A stretch of DNA of 64,000 nt, taken from the NCBI GenBank assembly GCA_964365185.1, contig CAYIOP010000003.1:40828-104827 (forward strand), read 5' to 3'. Within the stretch, counting starts at the first letter, position 1. Every line of letters starts with the position of its first letter. The DNA is from an uncultured Candidatus Saccharibacteria bacterium (lineage in GTDB: Bacteria > Patescibacteriota > Minisyncoccia > UBA6257 > 2-01-FULL-56-20). The notes under the pieces were generated by a model. It ran no database searches and had not been told where the DNA came from. It saw only the letters and a list, made by a program, of their open reading frames with translations. This document shows positions 1-9,441 of this stretch, in pieces. Made by a program: the position numbers and the translations under genes.

Positions 1-126
1 GCTGATTTTTAAAGTCGGCGCGATAATCATAATTACCCCGCCAATCAAAATCATTCCCACCACCACCGCCACCAAAACCTCGATTAAAGATTGCCCTTTT
101 TTATAAAAATTACTTTTAAAACTCAT
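1..126 (-). CDS. Prepilin-type N-terminal cleavage/methylation protein (partial, runs off window)
   Basis: Manual translation MSFKSNFYKKGQSLIEVLVAVVVGMILIGG...: class III signal G|QSLIE followed by a hydrophobic helix; not in the ORF track. Confidence 0.85.
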   Translation of the reverse strand, partial: MSFKSNFYKKGQSLIEVLVAVVVGMILIGGVIMIIAPTLKIS

Positions 127-154
127 CTTAAATAAATCTTAATCATTTAAATAT

Positions 155-718
155 CTAGGGTGTTGTATAAGTTATTACCCCAAAAGACGAAACTGAAATT
201 GTTGACGAAACCGACTGGTTGTTTACTAAATAAATCGCTACGCTACTTGTCTCAATGGCGTTAGATACATTTCTAAGTTCTCCTACAACTTCTGAAAAAG
301 AAATCGCCCGGAAACATTTTTCAGGCCCCGGCGGATCAGTCCAACCAGCCCAAGTTGTCGATTCATTATAATCAATCGCAGCCGGCAAAGTATTCCTATA
401 AGCAATTTTTCCCGGGTAATAGTAACCGTCATTAGTAAAATAAATTCCGTAATTAGACCATCTGCTTGATCCGCCGCACATTTTCCTCTCAAAAAATACC
501 CCCCAAGTAGTTTCTTTCTCCCAAGCCACTGCCCTATCTCGCGCGTTATTCAAAGAAAAAACAATGTTTTCCACCGAAGTATCAAATTTTTTCCGAACAT
601 TCTGGCTAAAAAAATTAACCATAATTACCGCCGTGATGACCGCGATAAGCGACACCACCACTAAAAACTCAATCAAAGTAAAACCCTCTCTCCGAGAATT
701 CCTCATCTCACTAATCAT
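155..718 (-). CDS. Type IV minor pilin / pseudopilin
   Basis: G|FTLIE prepilin motif and hydrophobic helix; the true start may be MRNSRR at 706. Confidence 0.85.
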   Translation of the reverse strand: MISEMRNSRREGFTLIEFLVVVSLIAVITAVIMVNFFSQNVRKKFDTSVENIVFSLNNARDRAVAWEKETTWGVFFERKMCGGSSRWSNYGIYFTNDGYYYPGKIAYRNTLPAAIDYNESTTWAGWTDPPGPEKCFRAISFSEVVGELRNVSNAIETSSVAIYLVNNQSVSSTISVSSFGVITYTTP

Positions 719-764
719 AACACATTTACCCCAAACTATTCTGAAAAACTGAAATAAAATTCGC

Positions 765-1973
765 TTAAAACTGAGAAGTTAATTGATAAATCGGCAAAAT
801 AATCGAAACTGCCACAAAACCCACAAAAATACCCATAGTGAGCAGTAACGCCGGCTCCACAAAAGCCACTAAGGACTTAACACTAGTTTCTATTCGAGAA
901 GCGTAAAAATTAGCCAGTGTTTCTAATACATCCTCCAAATGGCCAGCTTTTTCTGATATTCCAATTAAATTAGTCACCAACTTCGGAAAAACCACTTCTC
1001 TCTTAAAGGCCTCGCCCACAGTAAGCCCTTTGGCTAAACCCTCTTCGCTAATTCTTCTTAAACTAAACTTAAATTCATCCACATTAACTGTGTCCGCCGC
1101 AATATTGATTGTCTGCATAATTGGCAGGCCCGCCTTCATAAGCGAGCTAGTGGTTGAAGCAAATCTCTGCACCGCCAGTTCCCGATATACTTTTTTTACC
1201 AGCGGCAACCGGCTAAAAACCTTCTGAATCAAATGATGACCAATTCGATTTTTCCAGAAAAAATAAGTTCCAAAAGTAATCAAAACCAAAAAAACCGATC
1301 CAAAAATTAAAGCGTTCGCGTTTATAAAAAGACCGACCGAAAAAACTACTCGCGAAAAAAAAGGTGGGTTGATACCACTCTCATCAAAAATTTTAGCGAT
1401 TTTAGGCAACGCAAAAGTCACCAAAAAAACGAAAATCATCACCGAGGTCACTAACAAAATCAACGGGTAAATCATCGCTGACTTAATGCTGTTTCTAAGT
1501 TTTGCCTCTTGCTCCAAAGAAACACTTACTTCTTCAAAGGTCTTCTGTAGATTTCCAGAAACCTCCGCGGCTTTAATTAAATTTATAAAAACCGGAGAAA
1601 ATATTCGAGGGTATCGGGCAAAGGTTTGATAAAACGGTTGACCTCTCCCTAAATTATCCCTTACTTCCAGTAAAAAATTCCGCATCGCGGGCTTTTCAAA
1701 ATCAGCAATTAAAATATCGATAGCGGAAAGCAAATCCGTACCTACTTTAAGCATTAAAGCCAGATACCGAGTCAAAAATATTTTGTCAGTTAAATTTATT
1801 CCTCCAAAAATCCGCCGCGCCGCCCGGCTGCCTCCAGCTTGAATCGGCCTCACTGATATCGGTTTAAGTTCCTTACCCACCAAAAACTGCAAGGCCTGCT
1901 GGAAAGTATCTGTTTCCAAATCCCCCTCGCTCATCTTGCCATTTTTATCTGAAGCTAAATAATGAAAAAGCAT
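765..1973 (-). CDS. pilC: Type IV pilus inner-membrane platform protein (PilC/GspF family)
   Basis: Two T2SSF repeats (AAEVSGNL, SEKAGHLE, EPALLL) with 3 TM segments; next to pilB. Confidence 0.93.
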   Translation of the reverse strand: MLFHYLASDKNGKMSEGDLETDTFQQALQFLVGKELKPISVRPIQAGGSRAARRIFGGINLTDKIFLTRYLALMLKVGTDLLSAIDILIADFEKPAMRNFLLEVRDNLGRGQPFYQTFARYPRIFSPVFINLIKAAEVSGNLQKTFEEVSVSLEQEAKLRNSIKSAMIYPLILLVTSVMIFVFLVTFALPKIAKIFDESGINPPFFSRVVFSVGLFINANALIFGSVFLVLITFGTYFFWKNRIGHHLIQKVFSRLPLVKKVYRELAVQRFASTTSSLMKAGLPIMQTINIAADTVNVDEFKFSLRRISEEGLAKGLTVGEAFKREVVFPKLVTNLIGISEKAGHLEDVLETLANFYASRIETSVKSLVAFVEPALLLTMGIFVGFVAVSIILPIYQLTSQF

Positions 1974-2159
1974 TTCCTATATATTATAACCTATCTCACC
2001 TTTACTACCCTAATAAGTTTGTCAACTATTTTTAAAAAGACCTCTAGTTCAAAATAAACGGTATTTTTTATTGGATTTTTTACGTTAGGCCTTTTGGCTA
2101 CGGAAAAAATTCAAGAAAAAATATGCCCGCTTAAACCAACCCTAAAAAATAAAACCAAC

Positions 2160-3875
2160 TTACTCCCTAATCACCCTCAAGACCTCGTCAATCGTCGTCA
2201 TGGCAAGCTCCACTTTCATTAACCCGTCCTCAAACATCGTTCTCATCCCGTTTTCTCGCGCCGTCATCATCAATTTCTCCAAAGTAAAATCCTTGCTAAT
2301 AATTACTTTTTTAATTTTCTCATTCACATCTAAGTATTCAAAAATTCCCAACCGGCCTCGATAACCAGTTGTCCCGCAATTCGAACAACCCTTACCTCTG
2401 TAAAAATTTTTAGGCAATTTAACTTGGTTAGGATCCAAAGCCAATTCCGTAAGCTGATTCCGAATCACATCTTTTACTTCCGGCTCAATTTCATAAGAAG
2501 AAATACAGGTCTGGCAAATTCTCCTCACTAATCTCTGAGCAATAATCAAATTCAAAACCGAAACCACTAAAAAAGGCGGCACTTTTAAATCAAAAAGTCG
2601 GGGTATCACTGTCGGCGAATCATTAGTATGCACCGAAGACAAAAGCAAATGCCCGGTTAAAGCCGCCTGAACCGAAATTCCGGCTGTCTCCGCGTCTCGA
2701 ATCTCACCCACCATAATAATATTCGGGTCTTGCCTTAAAATCGCTCTAAGTCCCGAAGAAAAAGTAATACCAGCTTGAGTGTTAATCTGAGTTTGGTTAA
2801 CGTAGCGCATATTATATTCCACCGGATCCTCAACTGTAACAATATTGACTTGTGGCCGGTTTAAAATATCCATCAAAGCGTAAAGCGTCGTTGTTTTACC
2901 TGATCCAGTTGGTCCACAAATCAAGACCATGCCGTAGGCCGTCTTAAGATTTTCCCTCATCAACTTCACATCGTCCGCTAACACCCCTAATTCTTCCAAA
3001 GAAAGCGGCTTTTGAGCCGCCTCAAGTAACCGCATCACCACCTTCTCGCCGTAAAAAGTCGGTAAAATCGAAACCCTAACATCAATCACTTGATTAACAA
3101 TCTGATAATGAAAACGTCCGTCTTGAGGCTTAAAATGCTCGTCGATTTTAAGACCAGAGAGAATCTTAATTCTAGCCACGAGCGCCGAATGAATCGCTTT
3201 GGGCATCCTCATAATTTCAAAAAGAATGCCGTCAACTCGATAACGAACCAAAGTCACATCTTCTAAAACTTCAAGATGAATATCCGACGCTCTTGAAGAC
3301 ATGGCGTATGACAAAAGATTCTCCACAATTGAGACAATCGGCAAAAGCGAAGCTGCCTCCTCAATTGTTTTGGCTTCCCCTCGAAGCGACTCCTGAATAT
3401 TTTTTTCAATCAGCTGCTTAAAATCTTGAGATGATTGCAACCCATAAATGGCAAAGCCCCGATTCAAATCGCTATCCGTGGCCAAAAAAACATTAATCCT
3501 GGATTTAAGATGTTGCGATAAAAATTTAACCGTCTCCAAGTTACTCGGGTCAGTCATCGCCACATTAAAGCTTCCGTCTTTTTCTTTATTAAAAACGATC
3601 ACCTCTCTCCTCCTCGCAATGTCTTCAGGCAAAATCTTAACCACTTCCGGATCAACGTTTTTAGTGTCAAGCTTAGCCAATCCCACTCCCAAAATCGAAG
3701 CTAAAAGATTGCCCAAATAAGTCGCCTCAACTACACCCTGAGAAATTAATAAATCTAAAATGCCTTGATTTTTACGCTTAGCATCATCAACGATAGTTTG
3801 AAACCGTTCTGCAGTCACTAGTCCCTCTTGAACCAATTTATTTTTAAGTTGTTCCTCTGGAATCGGTAAATGCAT
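2160..3875 (-). CDS. pilB: Type IV pilus assembly ATPase (PilB/GspE family)
   Basis: ASDIH, Walker A GPTGSGKTT, LRQDPNIIMVGEIRD, CxxC..CxxC Zn motif; start moved to MHLPI (3875). Confidence 0.93.
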   Translation of the reverse strand: MHLPIPEEQLKNKLVQEGLVTAERFQTIVDDAKRKNQGILDLLISQGVVEATYLGNLLASILGVGLAKLDTKNVDPEVVKILPEDIARRREVIVFNKEKDGSFNVAMTDPSNLETVKFLSQHLKSRINVFLATDSDLNRGFAIYGLQSSQDFKQLIEKNIQESLRGEAKTIEEAASLLPIVSIVENLLSYAMSSRASDIHLEVLEDVTLVRYRVDGILFEIMRMPKAIHSALVARIKILSGLKIDEHFKPQDGRFHYQIVNQVIDVRVSILPTFYGEKVVMRLLEAAQKPLSLEELGVLADDVKLMRENLKTAYGMVLICGPTGSGKTTTLYALMDILNRPQVNIVTVEDPVEYNMRYVNQTQINTQAGITFSSGLRAILRQDPNIIMVGEIRDAETAGISVQAALTGHLLLSSVHTNDSPTVIPRLFDLKVPPFLVVSVLNLIIAQRLVRRICQTCISSYEIEPEVKDVIRNQLTELALDPNQVKLPKNFYRGKGCSNCGTTGYRGRLGIFEYLDVNEKIKKVIISKDFTLEKLMMTARENGMRTMFEDGLMKVELAMTTIDEVLRVIRE

Positions 3876-3925
3876 AAAAAAAATAATATTATTAGTCCCT
3901 CGCTCTTTAATAAAAGGGTGAGAAA

Positions 3926-4588
<663 letters not shown>

Positions 4589-4602
4589 CTAAACGATTAT
4601 GT

Positions 4603-5211
4603 TTAGAGATTTAATCCTGGCTGAGTTCCAACTTCATAGAGCCCACTAGAAGTTCCTCCGTCATTCTCAGAACTACTAGCAAACTTAGTACTTTCTAATC
4701 GAGTATTAACTTCAAAACCGCCAGATCCATCAGTCGCGTAAGCATAATAAGAACTGGAACTATTCGGCGAAACCGGATCAACTGGATAGGCAGAAACTGG
4801 AGCTCCGGAACTAATCGTATTTAAATTAACCGGTATCCAACCAACTCCACCCACATTTCTCTTATTTGACTCTGTTGTACTCGCAACTATAGTAATAGCC
4901 GCCGCAAAACGCCCGCCGCAATTAGCTATAGGTGGACGAGGAACAGAAGCTGCCGCATCGCTCGAAATAGAAATATAACACACACTTAAAGCCGTGCTAC
5001 TCCCGTAATTAGGCGCACTCACATCCGCTCCATATAAAGACAAAGCGCTTTTCAAAGTGGCGAAATCCGAAGTCCTGGTGGAGTCCCGAGCTTGTCTTAA
5101 TAATTCGGCCGGATTTAAAGTTAAGATCACGACCGTCGCCAGAATCGCGATAATACCAATTACAATCAGAAGCTCAATCAAAGTAAAACCCTTCACCTGT
5201 TTTCTAGGCAT
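4603..5211 (-). CDS. Type IV major pilin candidate
   Basis: KG|FTLIELLIVIGIIAILA, ARDSTR..D motif, Cys pair; own promoter. Confidence 0.9.
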   Translation of the reverse strand: MPRKQVKGFTLIELLIVIGIIAILATVVILTLNPAELLRQARDSTRTSDFATLKSALSLYGADVSAPNYGSSTALSVCYISISSDAAASVPRPPIANCGGRFAAAITIVASTTESNKRNVGGVGWIPVNLNTISSGAPVSAYPVDPVSPNSSSSYYAYATDGSGGFEVNTRLESTKFASSSENDGGTSSGLYEVGTQPGLNL

Positions 5212-5433
5212 TTATATTTATTTATTTTCTTTAAGACCTTTTTCCTTTAAATTCGACCTTTGCAAAACCTGAAAGTATTATAGCATAGATTGATTTTCGC
5301 CTTAAAAATCAAGTGTGGATAACTCCCAATTTTGCGTGAGAGTAAACGAACCAACAAAATTGAGTACCCCGCCTTTGGCGGGGTTGCCTATCAAGTATTT
5401 CTGCCTATTCCCGCTTCTAAAATTTCCATATCT

Positions 5434-5469
5434 GCGTCCCTCGCTCCTTTTCAAGAGTGAGGGATACGC
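5434..5469. repeat. Hairpin repeat family D, copy 1 (second copy 44740-44772)
   Basis: GTCCCTC...AAGAGTGAGGGATA hairpin shared between the two loci. Confidence 0.6.
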
Positions 5470-5471
5470 TT

Positions 5472-6245
5472 CTATATCATAGCTAAACTTTTAATTACTC
5501 GCTTAAAATCCTCTGGCTCTTCGGCTTCAACCTTAATCCGCTCGCCATTAATTTTCGTAAATTCCAAGGACTCCGCGTGCAACATCAATCTACCTGGATT
5601 AAATATCCCAATTTTTGTTTTTGCATAAATCTTATCTCCCACTACCGGATGCCCAATTAAAGCCAGATGCACGCGAATCTGATGAGTTCGACCTGTCTTT
5701 GGAAAAACATTGAGCGACGAAAAATCTTGAAAAGATTTCTTGTTGCTAAAACCTTTAACCTGCAACCTATAACCTGCCATCATTTTATATTCAGTTATCG
5801 CCTTCTTTTCCATTTTAGAAGAAAAAGTTGTTCGTTTTATGGTCCCAGATTTTATCCCAATCGGCTGGTCAATTATTCCCTCCCTCTTTTCGATTAACCC
5901 ATAAACCAAAGCTATGTATTTTTTTATGATCTTCCTTTCTTGAAACAACGACTTTAAATATTCAAAAGTCGCCTGATTTTTCGCCACCACCATCACTCCG
6001 GAAGTATCTCTGTCCAACCGATGCACAATTCCCGGCCTCAAATCTACTTGCCCTGAGTTTGTCGAAGGGTCCCCCACTCCCTTTACCTCTGGGTAATTTT
6101 CCAAAAGCCAATTCACTAAAGTTTCCTCCTTTTGGAAATTTGAAAATTGATCATTGAAAATTCTCGTCCGATGGACGAGGAGTCCCGCCGGCTTATTTAT
6201 AACCAATAAATCCCCATCTTCATAAACTACTTTTGGTAAATCCAT
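5472..6245 (-). CDS. RluA/RluD family pseudouridine synthase
   Basis: INKPAGL.VH, HRLDRDTSG (catalytic Asp), TGRTHQIRVH, LHA motifs. Confidence 0.95.
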   Translation of the reverse strand: MDLPKVVYEDGDLLVINKPAGLLVHRTRIFNDQFSNFQKEETLVNWLLENYPEVKGVGDPSTNSGQVDLRPGIVHRLDRDTSGVMVVAKNQATFEYLKSLFQERKIIKKYIALVYGLIEKREGIIDQPIGIKSGTIKRTTFSSKMEKKAITEYKMMAGYRLQVKGFSNKKSFQDFSSLNVFPKTGRTHQIRVHLALIGHPVVGDKIYAKTKIGIFNPGRLMLHAESLEFTKINGERIKVEAEEPEDFKRVIKSLAMI

Positions 6246-6251
6246 TGGCGT

Positions 6252-6679
6252 TTAAATTAAATTCAGCTTAACCACCTCCGGCACCGTAAAAAATTCAAGC
6301 GCCCCGCCTAATTTAATGCCTTTAATCTTATATTCCCTATCCAACCATAAAAATTCTTTAATTTCGGAATTAATTTGAATTTCGCCTCGATAATCAACAA
6401 AATATAAATCCATAATTAAAGGCACTTTTTCAAAATGCGCCTCACCTTCATATCTTTTAAAAAATGAAAATGCGTTAAATTAACCTGTAATTCTTCATGC
6501 AGTTCCCGCCTTAAACATTCTTCAAAACTCTCGTCTCGCTCATGCTTGCCTCCAGGAATAATAAATTCCTCCTTGCCTCTTTTTCGAACCACCAAAAGCT
6601 TGCGATCTTTAATCGCTATGGCTCCAATTTTATGAATTCCTTCTTGAGGAATATCTCCGCAAAAACAGGTCTTAAACAT
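6252..6679 (-). pseudogene. NUDIX hydrolase split by a -1 frameshift
   Basis: Nudix box GGKHERDESFEECLRRELHEEL; the C-terminus (KRYEGEAHFEKVPLIMDLYFV...SEIKEFLW...) continues in the -1 frame from a T6 run at 6459-6464. Confidence 0.8.
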
Positions 6680-6682
6680 AGG

Positions 6683-6925
6683 TGAGTGTGGATGGAATGG
6701 AAACCAAGACCTTTGTCTTACTGTGCCCCGTAACAAACTTTCCATCTCCTCTGTGGGCACACTTGGAATTGAACCAAGGGCCTCTGTCTTATCAGGACAG
6801 CGTTCTACCACTGAACTATGTGCCCATCAATGGAAAGTTTGGTATCGGGGTTAGGACCGTGTTTTATTTCACCCGCCTAAATTTTACGCAGTAAAACTTG
6901 GGCGGGCAAGCTAAACTACACGCCC
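6683..6925 (-). pseudogene. Decayed outer tRNA (Ile-like) interrupted by insertions, enclosing the intact tRNA-Ile
   Basis: GGGCGTG TA GTTT AG..AAAC A CGGTC CT [insert] TAA GACAA AGGTC..CACACTC A CC; acceptor and D stems pair, T arm is degenerate. Confidence 0.6.
6754..6825 (-). tRNA. tRNA-Ile (GAT)
   Basis: Cloverleaf GGGCACA../CTGTC CTGATAA GACAG/GGTTCAATTCC. Confidence 0.96.
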
Positions 6926-6926
6926 T

Positions 6927-7145
6927 TTAAAAATTTTGACTACTTAAAACTACCTCAACGTAAGCCTTAATAGCCATCATAATTTTTCTTTTGATTATAG
7001 TATTAGAAAGTGTTACTGAGCAAGTTCTGTGTCTAAATGACTCTTCGTACAAAAAACTTGCTTTCTTGTTTTTAGTTATATATGGCTTATAAAATTGATA
7101 TTTCTTAAAACCCAACTCGTTCTTCCAAAATTGACTTGATTTTAA
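6927..7145 (-). pseudogene. C-terminal remnant of a tRNA-associated, LAGLIDADG-like CPR protein
   Basis: Frame FWKNELGFKKYQFYKPYI...TCSVTLSNTIIKRKI resembles the C-terminus of proteins I recall next to CPR tRNAs; no N-terminus; stop abuts the outer tRNA. Confidence 0.45.
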
Positions 7146-7225
7146 TTTTACAGAAGTTAAAGTAGAAGAATCGTAAATGGGTTTTTATAAGCATCCATAA
7201 TTTAGCTTACTCCCCAGTTTTGTTT

Positions 7226-7297
7226 GCGCGGTTAGCTCAGTGGTAGAGCGTTTCGTTGACATCGAAAAGGCCAGAAGTTCGATCCTTCTACCGCGCA
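7226..7297 (+). tRNA. tRNA-Val (GAC)
   Basis: GCGCGGT acceptor, TTTCG TTGACAT CGAAA anticodon arm, TTCGATC loop. Confidence 0.96.
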
Positions 7298-7334
7298 CCC
7301 TTAAAAAATTTCTTTCCCGTATTTAATCCCCCAC

Positions 7335-7538
7335 CTACAAACCTAAATTCAGTTGAGACGCTTTTTCAATATTGAAATGAGCGGCTTCGCCATCAAAAGA
7401 TTTTAATTCCGTTGACTCATTAAAGCTTAAAACCAAAAACCTCGCTCCCCAAATATAAAACATCAAAATAACAGTCAGAAAAATGCCCGCGAAAATAATT
7501 AAAATCTTATCAAAATGTTCTCGAAAAAAAATTTTCAT
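7335..7538 (-). CDS. Small single-pass membrane protein (pilus-associated?)
   Basis: One TM segment, coupled to the PilO-like gene. Confidence 0.65.
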   Translation of the reverse strand: MKIFFREHFDKILIIFAGIFLTVILMFYIWGARFLVLSFNESTELKSFDGEAAHFNIEKASQLNLGL

Positions 7539-7544
7539 TTCTTA

Positions 7545-8078
7545 TTATTTAAAAAATACTTTTCCTACTACCGTCACGTAATAACCCTCGGCTCCCCTGT
7601 TAATATCAAAATTATCAAAATTCAACAGGAACTGATTCGATTCCCTTTCTAATCTCCTCATTAACGCCACAATATTGCTTAAATCTCCGCTTAATCGAAT
7701 TGAAAACTGAGCTTGTCCAAAACCCTCCTCATTTGGTAAAACCTCATTGCCTTGAAAACTAAAAGTAATGCCAACTTGGTAATTCGAGGCCTCCCTATCC
7801 AACCATCCTGAAAAATTAACCACTAATTCATCTCTTGTGGCGATTAAACGCTCAAGAGCTTGGCTAAATCGAACAGCTTCTGTTTTTTCTTTTTTAAGAC
7901 TCGCCAAAGTCCCCGTTAAATTAGAACCCTGTCTAATCAAGCTCTTTTTTTCTACAATCTCTTGAATATTTTTGTTAATTTGAGCTCGAGACCAATAAAA
8001 AGCCGGAATAAAAATCATCGCTCCGCCTAAAATTATCCCAAGCGTAATCCAAATTTGGCGCCGATAATCAGATGACAT
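7545..8078 (-). CDS. PilO-like pilus alignment protein
   Basis: N-terminal TM, coiled coil, ferredoxin-like tail (FSIRLSGDLSNIVALMRRLE..GKVF). Confidence 0.6.
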   Translation of the reverse strand: MSSDYRRQIWITLGIILGGAMIFIPAFYWSRAQINKNIQEIVEKKSLIRQGSNLTGTLASLKKEKTEAVRFSQALERLIATRDELVVNFSGWLDREASNYQVGITFSFQGNEVLPNEEGFGQAQFSIRLSGDLSNIVALMRRLERESNQFLLNFDNFDINRGAEGYYVTVVGKVFFK

Positions 8079-8162
8079 CCTTTTTATTATAACATATACC
8101 CCGTAGGAAATTAGATATTTTTTGCTTTATTTCAAAAACCAAAGTTATAATAACTAACATCT

Positions 8163-9194
8163 ATGGAACCAATCTTCTACAACTCTTTAAATTTAGCGCT
8201 CGAAAGCAATTACTCAAAATTGACTCGACTAAAAAACCATTACCAGACTTGGCAAAGAGCCTGGGAAAATATTCAAAATTCAGAAAAGCAAAGTTATAAT
8301 CCCGAAAAAGAATGGCAAAAATTAGAAAATCTAAATATCAAGCTGTGTCTCTTAGGCGACCTCTCATTTCCTCCTTTACTTCAAGAAATTCCTCACCCGC
8401 CTTTTGGTCTCTATCTTTTAGGCAACGACAAAATTATTTCTCAAGAATCAATCGCGATTGTTGGCACTCGTAAAGCCAGCCAAACCGGTAAAGAATTGGC
8501 TAAACATTTTTCCACCTCTTTAGCCCAAGCGGATTTAAATATTATAAGCGGCTTAGCTCTAGGCATTGACACCAAAAGCCACGAAGGCGCCCTGGAAGCT
8601 AAAAAAAACACGGTGGCAGTTTTTGGCAACGGCTTAGATTATATTTATCCCAGAATAAATGAAAAGTTAGCAAAAAAAATATTGGATCAAAGTGGCTTGC
8701 TGGTTTCAGAATACCCACCGGGCACACCCTCTCTTCCTTACCGCTTTCTTGAAAGAAATAGAATTATAAGCGGCCTCTCTCGAGGCATTCTAATTATTGA
8801 AGCCCCTGAAAATTCAGGATCGCTGGCCACTGCCCGTTTTGCCCTTGATCAAAATCGGGAAATTTTTGTTGTCCCCGGCTTTATTAATCATCCTAATTTC
8901 AAGGGCTCAAATGAATTAATCCGCCAAGGAGCCACTCTCGTCACAAAACCGGAACATATTTTAGAAGTGCTGAAACCAGAATTTTTAACCACGCCTAAAA
9001 ATCCTCCAACAATTTTTAACATTACCCAGGAAGAATCTAAAATTCTAAATACCTTTTCCTCTACTCATCAAACCTTAAATATTGACAAAATTATTGAACT
9101 CACTAAACTTGACGCCCAGACAGTCAACCAAACTTTATCTTTCCTTGTTATTAAAAATTTAATCAAAGAAACTGAAAACGGCTATACCCTCTAA
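8163..9194 (+). CDS. dprA: DNA-processing protein DprA
   Basis: AIVGTR, SGLALGID, RNRIISGLS, SGSLATA; C-terminal winged helix; upstream of topA. Confidence 0.96.
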   Translation: MEPIFYNSLNLALESNYSKLTRLKNHYQTWQRAWENIQNSEKQSYNPEKEWQKLENLNIKLCLLGDLSFPPLLQEIPHPPFGLYLLGNDKIISQESIAIVGTRKASQTGKELAKHFSTSLAQADLNIISGLALGIDTKSHEGALEAKKNTVAVFGNGLDYIYPRINEKLAKKILDQSGLLVSEYPPGTPSLPYRFLERNRIISGLSRGILIIEAPENSGSLATARFALDQNREIFVVPGFINHPNFKGSNELIRQGATLVTKPEHILEVLKPEFLTTPKNPPTIFNITQEESKILNTFSSTHQTLNIDKIIELTKLDAQTVNQTLSFLVIKNLIKETENGYTL

Positions 9195-9257
9195 AATGCA
9201 AAATTTAAAAATTAAAATTCAAAATAGCAAATCAAAATTATAAAATTAATTTTAACT

Positions 9258-9399
9258 TATGAGTAAAAATTTCGATTTACGAAACCCCGCAGCCGGCAAG
9301 CTCGGTGTCCCGCCTCGGTGGGACTTGCCGAGCGAGGACAAGGAAGATTGGCCGCTGGAGCCAATCATCCGGGTTGAGTGAATTAAAATTTTTACTCAT
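9258..9399. repeat. Inverted-repeat-bounded, GC-rich structured element upstream of topA
   Basis: ATGAGTAAAAATTT...AAATTTTTACTCAT closing stem with internal hairpins. Confidence 0.7.
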
Positions 9400-9441
9400 A
9401 TAAAATTACTCCGGTTGATTTTTTAACTTTAAATTTTATTC

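Noticed and set aside
6682-6894. ORFs overlapping tRNA-Ile, including the N-terminal extension of 6416..6811
   Set aside because: They translate tRNA sequence; the NUDIX more plausibly starts at 6679.
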